NCBI GenBank assembly: GCA_910592345.1
Contig: CAJVPI010000212.1
Location: forward strand, 1-42,304
DNA from: Paraglomus brasilianum
Lineage: Eukaryota
Direction: 5' to 3'
Length of the DNA stretch: 42,304 nucleotides
Numbering within the stretch: position 1 is the stretch's first letter; each line of letters begins with the position of its first letter. A model generated the notes under the pieces. That model saw nothing but the letters and a program-made list of their open reading frames with translations. It did not search any database and was not told where the DNA came from. Position numbers and translations under genes: made by a program. Of the stretch, positions 1 to 11,710 are shown piece by piece.

Positions 1-1655
1 AGATAAAAATATTTTAACTGGCCAGAGATGTAATACAGAAGTCACGCTCCTGCAACAAAACCTCCAGCCTACTGGGGCAGTTCGTTCATCTCATACGTAT
101 TCTTGTGAATAGCGTAGTCGATATTGTCAATTCAATTTGACCTTTTGATAATTTACGAAATAAAAGTTTTTCAAGCGACAATTTGCTTCAACAATTTTTG
201 TGTTATATCGCAGATTTTTCAGAATGCTGACACTACGAAAACATAGATTCTATAATCGGCAGAACCGATTAGAACCGATTAGAACGACAGAGTATGTTAT
301 TCCTTTGTATAATATTTTAATGTGAGCCTATTGAAATAGGCATTGTTGGTTAGTCGTGCATAATTTACTCTCACACCGACATCGATATACTGTTAAAAAC
401 TGATATAACGTTCACAATACTCGCACTAATATTTTACTCGAACTATTGTACACTGTACAAGTACAGTAATTTGGCAATATTGGTTTTTTAAGCTTATTTG
501 TTTATTTAAGGTTTTGAGCAAAATCCGCAATGGCTAAGCACATGCTATGAATGGGTTGGCAAATAGAACGTGTTTGATAATATACTAAAAAATTTTAAGT
601 TTTTAGAGCTAGACAGGGAAATTTATTTTTAAACGTTATTAGTCGTGAACAGAACAATTCAATCTATTTATTGGTTGTGTATGCGAAAAGTATTGAAAAG
701 AGAAAAGATAATCACCCACTGACATGCATTTGTTTATATCTTATTAGTTCTACTATTTCAACTGTCTCAACTTTTCATATACAATCGACTCTACTTAGGC
801 AAGCAATCAAGATCATTTCCTTGCATTCTGAGAAGAAAAACTAGAAGTGAGCAAAGATACTGCCAATCATTGTTGCTGAAAATGCGTTCCTCAAAGCCTA
901 TATCAAGTATTGCAAAATTAAACAAAAGCTCCCCATTTAGTTAATTGGAAAATCATGGCCTATGAAGCACCTAGAACATCTCATGGAACAGCAGCTAGAA
1001 TCGCTTTGCAATTACATGGTGTGTATAAAGAGGATCTTATAAATAGTTATTATCTGCTGACTTTACCATTCAACCGCAAGGACTGCTCAGAGCTCCAGCT
1101 GGCCAGAAACCTAACTCAGATGGGAATGCATATGAAGTATTAACATTAACCCACTAATCTAACAAAAATTCCCTAACAAGAGATGCTCCGTCGAATTTAT
1201 TATTTTCACATACAATAAATTGGAAAACAGGTAACTGGATATAAAGCATCAATCCTCCAATAATAACTACTTTGAGTAACCTTTCTATGTATTCGATTTA
1301 GTATTAGCTCCAATAGTTCTGTAGTTCCACTATCACAATGTTTTGAGACAACTTCCTTCCTTAATGACAAATTATACATGACATGATTTAAACAAAATAA
1401 AAACAACACATTAATCTCAGATCTGTAAAGAGAATTTTTGTTAATTCAGGACTGGAACTCTCTGCTTGATACTTTTGCTCAAAAAAGATTGTAATCTATG
1501 CTGTTGCATCAGCATAGGTATTAGTATATAGCCTAACTATAACTTGTGCTCATTCTCACATGATTTCTGAGGTAACATTTTCAGCAGTGGATTATGTCTT
1601 GCATATGTATTTATCCCATCAAGTGGATAATAATAAACAATTACTGTGATCAACT

Positions 1656-4639
1656 TTATGCAGTAATACTGTCATCATCTCCTGACTCATCTGCACTACC
1701 TTCCATGTCACGATGCAATGCATATGAATTATTTGATTCAATCTCCAATGGATCTTTCAGTAACTGGTCCAAATGTAGATATATATTTCTTCTTTGACTC
1801 AATGCATATGTGTCATTTGGTTCAATATCCAATGATTTGTTGAGATCATTCAGTGCATTGTCATATTGTTGTAGATTTATATAGATAGCTCCTCTTCGAC
1901 TCAATGCATGTGCATCATTTGGTTCAATCTCCAACATTTTGTTGAGATCTAATAGTGCTTTGTCATATTGTTGTAAATTTATATACAGAACTCCTCTTTG
2001 ACTCCATGCATATGTGTTGTTTGGTTCAATATCCAATGATTTGTTGAGATCATTCAGTGCATTGTCATATTGTTGTAGATTTATATAGATAGTTCCTCTT
2101 TGACTCAATGCATATGCATCAGTTGGTTCAATGTCCAATGCTTTGTTGAGATCAATCAGTGCTTTGCTGTCTTGTTGTAAATTCATATACAGAGCTCCTC
2201 TTCGACTCAATGCATATGCATCAGTTGGTTCAATCTCCAATGATTTGTTGAGATCATTCAGTGCTTTGCTGTCTTGTTGTAAATTCATATACAGAGCTCC
2301 TCTTCGACTCAATGCATATGCATCATTTGGTTCAATATCCAATGATTTGTTGAGATAGGTCAGTGCATTATCATATTGTTGTAAATTCATGTATACAACA
2401 CCTTTTTGACTCAATGCATATGCATCATTTGGTTCAATCTCCAATGATTTGCTGAGATTGTTCAGTGCATTGTCATATTGTTTTAAGTTCATATACAGAG
2501 CTCCTCTTCGACTCAATGCATATGCATCATTTGGTTCAATCTCCAATGATTTGTTGAGACAGGTCAGAGCCTTGTCATACTGTTGTAGATTTATATAGAG
2601 AGCTCCACTTCGACTCAATGCATATGCATCATTTGGTTCAATCTCCAATAATTTGTTGAGATCATTCAGTGCATTGTCATCTTGTTTTAAGTTCATATAG
2701 AGGGCTCCCCTTTGACCCAATGCATGTGCATCATTTGGTTCAATCTCCAACAATTTTGTAAACTCATTCAGTGCATTGTTATATTGTTTTAAATAAAAAT
2801 AAATATATCCCTTATTTTTCAATGCACAGGCATTGTTTGGTTCAATCTTCAATGATTTGTTGAGATCAATCAGTGCATTGTTATATTCATTTAGCTCTAC
2901 ATATGCAACTCCCCTTTGACTCAATGCAAATGCATCATTTGGTTCAATCTCCAATGCTTTGTTGAGATCACATAGTGCTTTGTCATATTGTTGTAAATTT
3001 ATATACATGACTCCCCTTTGACTCAATGCATATGCATCATTTGGTTCAATATCCAATGATTTGTTGAAATAGGCCAGTGCATTGTCATATTGTTGTAAAT
3101 TCATATAGATGACTCCTCTTCGACTCAATGCATATGTGTCATTTGGTTCAATCTCCAATGATTTGTTAAAATCGTTCAGTGCATTGTCATCTTGTTCCAA
3201 GTTCATATAGAGAGCTCCCCTTCGACCCAATGCATATGCATCATTTGGTTCAATCTCCAATGATTTGTTGAGACAGGTCAGAGCCTTGTCATATTGTTGT
3301 AGATTTATATAGAGAGCTCCACTTCGACTCAATGTGTATGCATCATTTGGTTCAATGTCCAACGCTTTGGTAAAATCATCCAGTGATCTGTCAAATTGCT
3401 CTAAATCAAAATAGATATATCCCCTATTTTTCAATGCCCATACATCATTTGGTTTGATCCTCAACGTTTTGCTAAAATGATCCACTTCATCACAAGACTT
3501 CAACCTCTTATAAACACTTTCACAAAAGGGCCGCTTATTAGGGTCTTCGGACCAACATTCTGAATACAGATCAATATATACTTCCGGCGTTTCAGGAAAT
3601 GGGGGATCACGAGAGCCCTCAAGCCTATACTCAATAATGTCAACACCTTCGGTACGTCCTCCGCATGGAGCTTTTCCGCTGGATACTTCCCATAGTATTA
3701 CTCCGAGACTAAATATATCAGATTTCCTTCCAAATTGATATGACTTTTTCTTGAACGATACCGGATCTTTGTATGCAAGAGTGTCAGATTTGAACATCGC
3801 TCGTTTCAACACTCTTGATAACCCAAAATCGGTTATCTTTGCATTACCTCGAGAGTTGATAAGAATTTTATCCGATGACTGGAGAAATAAACGTATGCCC
3901 GTCAGTTTAAACATAACGTAACTTCAGAACGATGCAAACGGCATGTGCGACAAATACCAAATCTTTGTGAACAATGTCAAGTTTATGTAAATATTTAAGT
4001 CCATCGGCAATTCCTAGACTCAGCTTGTATCTGTCTTTCCAAGATAAATCCTTGCATTTTTTCTTTAGGTATTCACGTAAACTTCCTCTGTCAGCCAGGG
4101 AGAAGATCATATGATAGTTATCATATTGGTCTGTATGCATTAAATAAGATGTTACGATTTGTAATTAAGCCAAGGGATTACCATAAACTCAACATACCTT
4201 TATATAGGCCATAAAAGCGAATAATGTTGGGGTGGTCGCCCACTTTCTTGTGGTGTTTTAACTAACGTATAACATATTCAAAGGTTAAACATACACAAAT
4301 ATGAATCCAACAAGGCATGACTGAAAGCTAATAGGTAACCTCTTTGACAAATTGTTGATGCAAATCTTCTCCACAATCGTATTGATTGTCTGGGAGCAGA
4401 GTCTTCACCGCAACAATCATTCCGGATGAGAGAGCGCTGAGCCTTTTGTCTTTTGACTTGGTAAAAATCTTGAAGCGGCTTTTCAATCTTACAGTTCCCT
4501 TATATACCGCTCCAGATGCTCCAAGTCCAATAGGTCTGTCGTATAATTTTATATCGTCTTCTAGACAGCAAAATATTGAACCATCTTGAATGCTTGTCTC
4601 TAGCCATTCTTTATACGAATATTTGGATACTCGAGGCAT
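1656..4639 (-). CDS. Protein kinase (TKL-like) fused to a C-terminal TPR array, copy A; 4 exons 4639-4340, 4261-4198, 4130-3958, 3878-1656; about 919 aa
   Basis: The spliced model has GT..AG introns and phases identical to the paralog at 38141-40715. Kinase motifs: IGLGASGAVYKG, VAVK, FVKE|LKHH..HPNIIRFYG, HKDL|SSDKIL, DFG, YKDP, SDIFSLGVILWE, CWSEDPNKRP. These are followed by 16 full 34-aa TPR units and one degenerate unit. Confidence 0.92.
1812..3443 (-). repeat. 16 x 102-bp tandem repeat encoding TPR units (consensus about AYALSRRGALYxNLQQYDNALNDLNKSLEIEPND)
   Basis: Exact 102-nt periodicity with high nucleotide identity, read directly from the sequence and the translation. Confidence 0.95.
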
Positions 4640-7331
4640 TGTAGTATACAGTAGAAAGACGAGGGCTTGTTCCGATAAACTGAATTTGTCAGGCAACTAA
4701 GGTCCTGGTGTCACCCTCAGATTAAAATGGAAATTTGTGAATATTATTTGGGCGCACACACTTGTTTAGATGACTCACAGAAAGTTTTCAACAATGCAAT
4801 TCTCGATACTCCGTTAAGCTTAACCATTATGCCCAATGTTTTGATACTGTAGAATGATAATATATATTGTGAATTGATTAGCCTATCGAACGGATGGAGA
4901 ACAGCGAACTAAAACGACTGTCGATAATCCCTCTGCTGATAAGCTACAGTAGCTTGCGTGATTATAGTGATGCATCTTGTTATAGTGATCATTGTTGATA
5001 CATTCATTTTCTTATGTCTATTTCATAATTGAAGGCTGAAAATTCGGTTTAATTGAATAAGGTCACACTTCAGCAGATACCCAAGATTGTTCGATGAAGG
5101 CGACAACACAGAGTTTCTATGCGCTCAAATATGTAATTGAATGTCTGTATCATAAGAAATGTTGATACCAACTATTACAATTTCCGAATAGTTCGCGATC
5201 GATGTGCATTCAGAACAAACAGCCACCATATTAGAGTGGGATTAGAAACTATCATGGCTATTCTAGAGCAAATGTGCCAGAGAGAATATCGTTTTAGTCA
5301 ACAGCTTCAAACAAGTGGTTTCTATGTACATAAACAAATTACCGAAATCTCCGATTCCAAGTAACACAACTGTCACCGATTAGGACGAATCTAAAATTAG
5401 ATTGTCCCGTTATATCCAAAATTCTGAATTATCCCCATTTGGCCAAAAAATCTGGACAATTTAGTGCAACTATAATTAGTTATAAATATGAGTCGTAGAT
5501 AGTAGCTAAAAATCATCGTTCCGATAATATCTTAAGCAAGACGTTGCTATTAGGATAGTTCTCTTTATTCTAGTAGAAATCCGATTCAAATATAATCGTT
5601 TATTACCTGATAAAAGATACTTAGCATCGTTTGGCGCAGTGTAAACCGCTTTCCCCGTCAGCGGTGAATAGAATTAATTCTTGCCGATTAATTCTATTTA
5701 GTACTTTTGCAATCAGGATATTGTTTAATACGTTAGATAGTATAATTCCCCGTTTCGATAGGCGACTTTGAGATTAATCCCATCAAAGAAATCGCAGATT
5801 ATGCAGTAATCCAGGGACAGCGTATACAAGACCGATAATATACAGATCGTGAGTATAAATCCTAGATTTAAAGGTCACTAATTGTATAGTAAATTCCGTT
5901 ACTATGTAAATGCGGTTTTGGGACCCTGGACGGGATTTACATACGACAGAGATATTTAGTTTGAAGTAGGAAGAGCAAAGGCTTCCGTTGAAAAAAAACT
6001 AATCCCAAAACGGCTAGTACACTGCTGCTCTCCCAGGTGTAAGCTAGTCCGACAATTGGCAAAATGTAATTCAATTAAATAAAGTATGGGGTGGGTCAAT
6101 CTTATACACTTATACTGTGCTTTTCTCGACCTATTTCATTGAATTTTTTATTTCGACGGACGTAAAGTAGTAGTAGAGTTTCCCCGAATTACATTCTCAG
6201 AACCGAGGTCTATTTTATACCTCTTGTTTTCTATTCGAAACAGAAAAACTAACTACTGTCTAGCTAATCTGGTTCGCATAATTTATTATTGTGTCCATTC
6301 ACCCGGAAATTGTGTTCGCACGATTAGTACGCTCACCTAACTTCTCCATATACAATGGAAGTGCTAATCAACCTCAGTTTTATAAATTCCATGGCGTAAT
6401 GAGGTCATTTCTCGTACATTTATCAGTAGAGAATATTCAATCCATTGTATCCGTTCCCATTATATTACCCCATGACTCCATAATAAATGAATCCAAAAAC
6501 TTATTGCCAGTAGTCCAATCAGGAGGTCTTGGTGCTTTACAACAATAACAGTCAAGCTTAATAGGATATACATCAACATGTGTCAAATCTAGATACAACG
6601 ACTAATGAACTCATGAGTCGCTTCATTCCTATCTGAATCTTGTCCTTGCAGGAAATTTCTTTATCGTAAAGGTGCCCATTGAATATTAAATAACCTGTCT
6701 AATAAGCATTATTTTACAGACATTTAAATAAAATCGTTACGGATATGCTCATTTATATCAAGCGAAGCTTTGTGAGGTATAGTTAACTGTAGTAATAGAG
6801 TTTATGTGGCTGAGACAAGTTTCCAACATCCATATGGCTTGGTTCTCCATTGTTTCAGTTCAGCGATAGGTAGGCAACAAAACATACTGACACACTGCAT
6901 TAAATCTGAATTATTCTACAAAGTGTACACTTAGATACTGGGTGAAAAGAAACACTCCTCGTGAAGGAAACAAATTCTACTTGGTGGAACCGATCGATAA
7001 ATTTAGGAGGCAATTATTACATTATCACTGACCATTTACGAACCACTATTTTTGCTTTGGCCGGTATTCATTCTATTCAAACAATAAGATACGTGTACAA
7101 TAATATTATGATAATGATAATTATAATGGGATAAATCATTTAACCTCACTACACAGCATTCTAATCTACTTTCACCGTGATGGAGTCATCGTCACCTTTA
7201 GCGGCCTATCGTACCGTAGGCTCGCAAATATCATGCCCATCACTATCAAAAGAGGTTATTGCATTAATAACTAATTAATTAATAATTTAAAATAGACATT
7301 AGTTCTGACAAACATAAAAAGCATACCCAAG

Positions 7332-7664
7332 TTACATATGACCGAACATATAAAACAGGATGGCGATGGCCGTTGTTAGAAGCTCGATGGATAAAGTATT
7401 GCTCTTTGAGCTGCTACCGCCACTACTGCCACTACCGCCGCTACTGCATTTATAGCCAGGAAGACATGACGAACCATTTGGACAACATCCACCCTCACCG
7501 TCTGTACATAAATAGTATCCGCTGTCACAAGTTTCATAATTCGTGAGGTTAGTAGATTGAATAAAGCGAGAATTCGCTAAGTCGGATCTTCTTTGCAGCT
7601 GAGACGTTGTAGCGGAAGCCAAGGTTACGGCAGCGAGAACGAGTACAAGTGTGAAAATCTTCAT
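7332..7664 (-). CDS. Small secreted Cys-rich, probably GPI-anchored protein, copy 1 (110 aa)
   Basis: Signal peptide MKIFTLVLVLAAVTLASA, dibasic RR, C-x5-C-x6-CC-x5-C-x5-C module, Ser/Gly linker and hydrophobic C-terminus. Paralogous to 11711-12112 and 13182-13505. Confidence 0.85.
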   Translation of the reverse strand: MKIFTLVLVLAAVTLASATTSQLQRRSDLANSRFIQSTNLTNYETCDSGYYLCTDGEGGCCPNGSSCLPGYKCSSGGSGSSGGSSSKSNTLSIELLTTAIAILFYMFGHM

Positions 7665-7681
7665 ATTGACAATCGAGCAGG

Positions 7682-7775
7682 ACTTGATACGATAACTTGA
7701 TGCGATACTTTAATGCGATAACTTGATGCGATAACTTGATGATACGATAATTTGATGCAATGTCTTGATGATGCA
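7682..7775. repeat. Degenerate tandem repeat of about 13 bp (acttgatgcgata) just upstream of copy 1
   Basis: Repeated gataacttgat/gcgata units are visible directly. Confidence 0.7.
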
Positions 7776-7780
7776 ATATC

Positions 7781-7850
7781 TAGACGGTTGCGTTAGACGG
7801 TTGCGTTAGACGGTTGCGTTAGACGGTTGCGTTAGGCGGTTGCGTTAGGC
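7781..7850. repeat. 13-bp minisatellite (tagacggttgcgt), about 5.4 copies
   Basis: Four exact units, one variant unit and one partial unit. Confidence 0.95.
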
Positions 7851-9001
7851 GCCATATTTAAACGTTTACCTTGTACACCTTGTGAAATGAGATGCGAAAT
7901 TGAATTCCCTTTTCTAGTTGTTATGTACCAATATGTATTGAAATAAACAGTCTCTTTGTGCGGTATTACACACACGCATATGTGAGACAAAACCATGCAT
8001 ATCATTTGTGTTGGGGGCACAAACATTAAACGCCACACTTTAAAGAGTTCGTGGGTTGCGTAATAGGGAAAAGGATTTTGCATATATAACATGTTAGCTA
8101 GATATATATTTTTAATGCTGGAGACTCTTTTTCATAGAAAAGCTGGCTAAGACATTAAGAATAAACCGTATAATGTTACAATGCTATTTCAAACGAGCGT
8201 ATCTACTGTATATAAGATTTGCCAACGAATATGATTAATAACGAATGCGATGACATTTCTTGCCGAAAGATTAAAATTGCGTTGACTAAAAAAAGTTAGT
8301 TCAAAGAAAATTAGAAGCTTAGCCCTCGTTTTATGTCGCCAAATCATGCAGTCAATTGGCCTATTGCAAGAGGCTAATATTAGCGATGTATGAAGGTAAT
8401 AATTAATTTAATAAATTAAGTCAGACATACTTTTAAAAGCTGACAAAGAATACGAATATGCTTACGTAGTGTATTTACTAGAATGCATAACAACAATCTC
8501 AACTTGCATCAATCAAACCGACTGTGTTGGTGGTGCAAGTCGATCTCACACATACGGTTAGATTAAAAAGCGGAGCCACACAATAACAAGCGCCACAACA
8601 ATCATATAATCTACCTAGAGACTATCCCGCACTCTTTCATAAACAGTAAGTCTTCGTTCCTCCGTTCACTGCACTCATACATACACCCAACAAACAAATC
8701 ACGGTAAAGTCAGACCGAGGGCACTTTTTCGTTCTCTCATTGCAAGCTGATGTAGGTAGCATCTCATTATCGTAGTGCGAAAGTATGCTTTAATTCAATA
8801 TTATCGATGTATTCAGTGAAACGAATCAGAAATAAAAACAAGACTTATGATATGAAAATATTATTAAGTATCAGTTACTAATAATTATATACGGTTGCTA
8901 TTCGATTTTTTGAAACCACACTTGCTCTTCCATATAAAACCAAATCGTTTCTTCTGAATGAAGTTTCTTGTTGCCTTATTAACACAAAAAGCGGTAATCA
9001 A

Positions 9002-9299
9002 GTGCGTTCTCATCAGTAGCGCTTCGAGCTACTAAATTTGGCTACTTCCCCTACTGCATTTGGGAAGTATCATTATTGGCTAGCTCAAATGGGCCAGGCA
9101 TAAGACGCAAGCCTATCATGATATAGGGTGCTCTAATCTGTACCAGATTTGGTAACGTTTCGTTACTAAATTTGGTAGGAGAGATAGCTTAGCACTCGGG
9201 GAGGTAAATTACCTCCCCTCTACCTCCCCCAAACTATTGCCAGATTTGGCAAACTATCTACTACTAAATATGGCAGGGGAGGTACTGATGAGAACGCAC
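9002..9299. mobile_element. 298-bp MITE with 17-bp perfect TIR (GTGCGTTCTCATCAGTA) and flanking 3-bp CAA direct repeat
   Basis: 9002-9018 is the exact reverse complement of 9283-9299. CAA occurs at 8999-9001 and 9300-9302. Internal repeated motifs (TACTAAATTTGG) and palindromes; no coding capacity. Confidence 0.8.
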
Positions 9300-11710
9300 C
9301 AAATATCGTATAGTTTGATTCCAACACACGAGTTTAACTCATCTGAATTGTCGTATCCAGTGTTCAGGCATTAAACTGTTGTGCAAATTTCAAATCTGAT
9401 AGCTTGAAATAACAATTTCAAAGCTCTAACCTAAGTTGGTTACTTAGTCGACCAGTGGCACAGAACTGTATTTAGTCCACATCTATATCCAGTTATGTTG
9501 ACTATATATGGACTGAAACTCTGAGGTCCAAGATGAGAGACCTGGTCAAGTGTGATTTTTTTGAAATTTAACCGTAGTGCATAAGCTTCTATTAAATTGC
9601 ACATTGTTTTAAAAGTTTCGGATAATATATTTATTTGGGAAGAATTTTGATATTAAACAAAGTTTAAACAGATAATATCTAAAGTAGTCTATCGTAATTT
9701 CATTTTGCAGAACATCTTTGCACGCAATGATTAGCGGAGAAATACTTAAAGTCAAACGGTTTTAGCAGTGTTAGAATATACAATAATAATAATAAACAAA
9801 ATAATTGGCCGGTTAAAAACATTGTAATAAACACAATACATTTGAAACAAAATCAACCAGTGAACATATTTTAAAAATTAATTTAAGAGTAAAGGTACAG
9901 TGCAGTGATGAAAATATTGACGAGTCGCGGCAAGGACGTTTTTGTCGCTGGCTGAGCAATCTATCTCAAGTGGACTATATTAAGTATTTAAAATACTTGT
10001 GCAATTGTGCGTTTAAAAACACCTTCCATCTGTAGGGTTGCTGTGTCCATAATCGTATCAAGCAAGCTAGAAAAAATGTCACATTTATTAGATTAATTAT
10101 TTGCTGTTACACTATGCTTACACTGTGGGATTGTGGACTGCTGAAAGTCTGTTAGGAGGAAATCTCACAAAAAGTAATACAGCATTGAAGCTACAGTGTA
10201 TATCATAAAGTGTAATGATGCCAACTCAGAATGCCAACTAAAATTAACGTTGTTCCCGACCATACACACTAAAGCACTTTCGATTAACGTCGTAACACCG
10301 ATATATTTACTTTCTCTGCATTATACTTAACAAATGTTATCCTAACGCTAACCTCATTAAAAGTTCGGTCTTGGGTTGAAAAAAGTTTATAGTAATAGTG
10401 TCATAAGTACCCATATAGACTGAGAGCTCTACTTTACAAAATTCGCCAAATTAAACCAAACCAGCTTTGAGAATAAAAACAAAAATTGATGTAAGAGAAC
10501 CGCAATGAATTGAGTCTCTGATTACAAATACTTTATATCGAATCAAATTAAATTTTTAATCTCAATGTCAGATCTAATTTTTATTTCTATATATAGGCTT
10601 ATTTGACAATAATGACCATATAATCTATTAAATTCTAAGTTTTGCACTTTTGTACTTGGGTATAGTATGTCGTACAAATAATCTGTTATGCTATTTGTTC
10701 TAGTGAATTAAAAGAGTGAGACTAGTTAGTGAGTGCCTTGGGCATGTAATATCAAAATTAAATTAAATGCATCTATTTACATTACCAAAAAAAGAATGAC
10801 GAGGATGTTAGGCTTTATTGTTCGGACAAAGGAGACATCTGAAATACCGGTAAATTACTGTTTTATTTATACTGTTGACTTTGACTATCCAGCTAGACAA
10901 ATTTTCTTTCTTTACTTGCTAATCATGTCACGTGATACTGACTTGGTTATTCATATTAAAGTGCAAACTATGAAAACACACAAATGTTAATAGAAGCTTA
11001 ACAACTTGACTCGTAAACAAAAAAAGCGGTATTAGTATATAATAAGATGAATATTACGAGCTGCTCCATTTGGTCTTCGATGTAGTGAGAGACAGGCTGT
11101 TTAAGCTTTTGAATAATCTACCATCTATTTAATCTTCTCAAGACTATTATTGCTTCTAATCGAAATCAAATCTGGTTGGTTCCTTGGATATTGTTTGTTT
11201 CATGTAATGTTAAAATTCGAAAACGCGTTTGGAACGTAACAGATTATTAATTACTATAAAGATTCGCTCACTGCTTATAGCTAGATGCTTTCACGTGGCT
11301 TCAGTACGGAATTATTAGACTCTCTCACGACAAACTCATTCTCACAATACTTTGCGTTTAACAAAATAATAATTAGGTTAACATAAAGTCGTGCTGATAC
11401 ACTACATTAAATCCGAATTATTTGATACAAGGTGTAGATATACAGTACTTCGATATTATGAAAGAGGCTTATTCTACAAATCTTCCCGATATTAACTAAC
11501 AATAAAATTTAAGTATCCATCTATTCTGGCTGATGCATATACAGTATATGTACGTTTTTATTTATAAGATAATTACATTACCATGACAATAAAGCATTTA
11601 ATCTCACTATAATTTACTTCCACAGTGATCGAGTCACTATCAAAAGATGTTATTACATTAATAATTTAAAGTAGACATTAGTTCTGACAAACATAAAAAG
11701 CATACCCAAG

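Noticed and set aside
261..285. 10-bp tandem agaaccgatt, 2.5 copies
   Set aside because: Too short to be informative; ordinary slippage duplication.
720..1500. CpG-poor stretch with short ORFs (955-1143, 1206-1409), possible transposon or gene relic
   Set aside because: No recognisable protein motif in the frames I read.
2131..2358. 75-aa + strand ORF with an internal repeat
   Set aside because: Antisense shadow of TPR units 12-13 of copy A.
4640..4696. TTG-initiated N-terminal extensions of both kinase-TPR genes (also 38090-38140)
   Set aside because: In a eukaryotic gene the first ATGs align in both copies, and the upstream similarity is better explained as a conserved 5' UTR.
5664..5960. 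AT-rich hairpin (aatagaattaat..attaattctatt) and a weak inverted repeat around atgtaaat/atttacat
   Set aside because: Short or AT-rich matches without clear termini or TSD; possibly old MITE debris but not supportable.
7781..7850. Possible CRISPR-like or telomeric array
   Set aside because: Head-to-tail units without spacers, interstitial, and not a recognisable telomere unit.
8495..8765. Minus-strand Cys-rich reading (ACNERTKKCPRSDFTVICLLGVC..YCL*) suggesting a decayed secreted protein
   Set aside because: No start or signal peptide found, stops and frameshifts are needed, and there is no paralog in the window.
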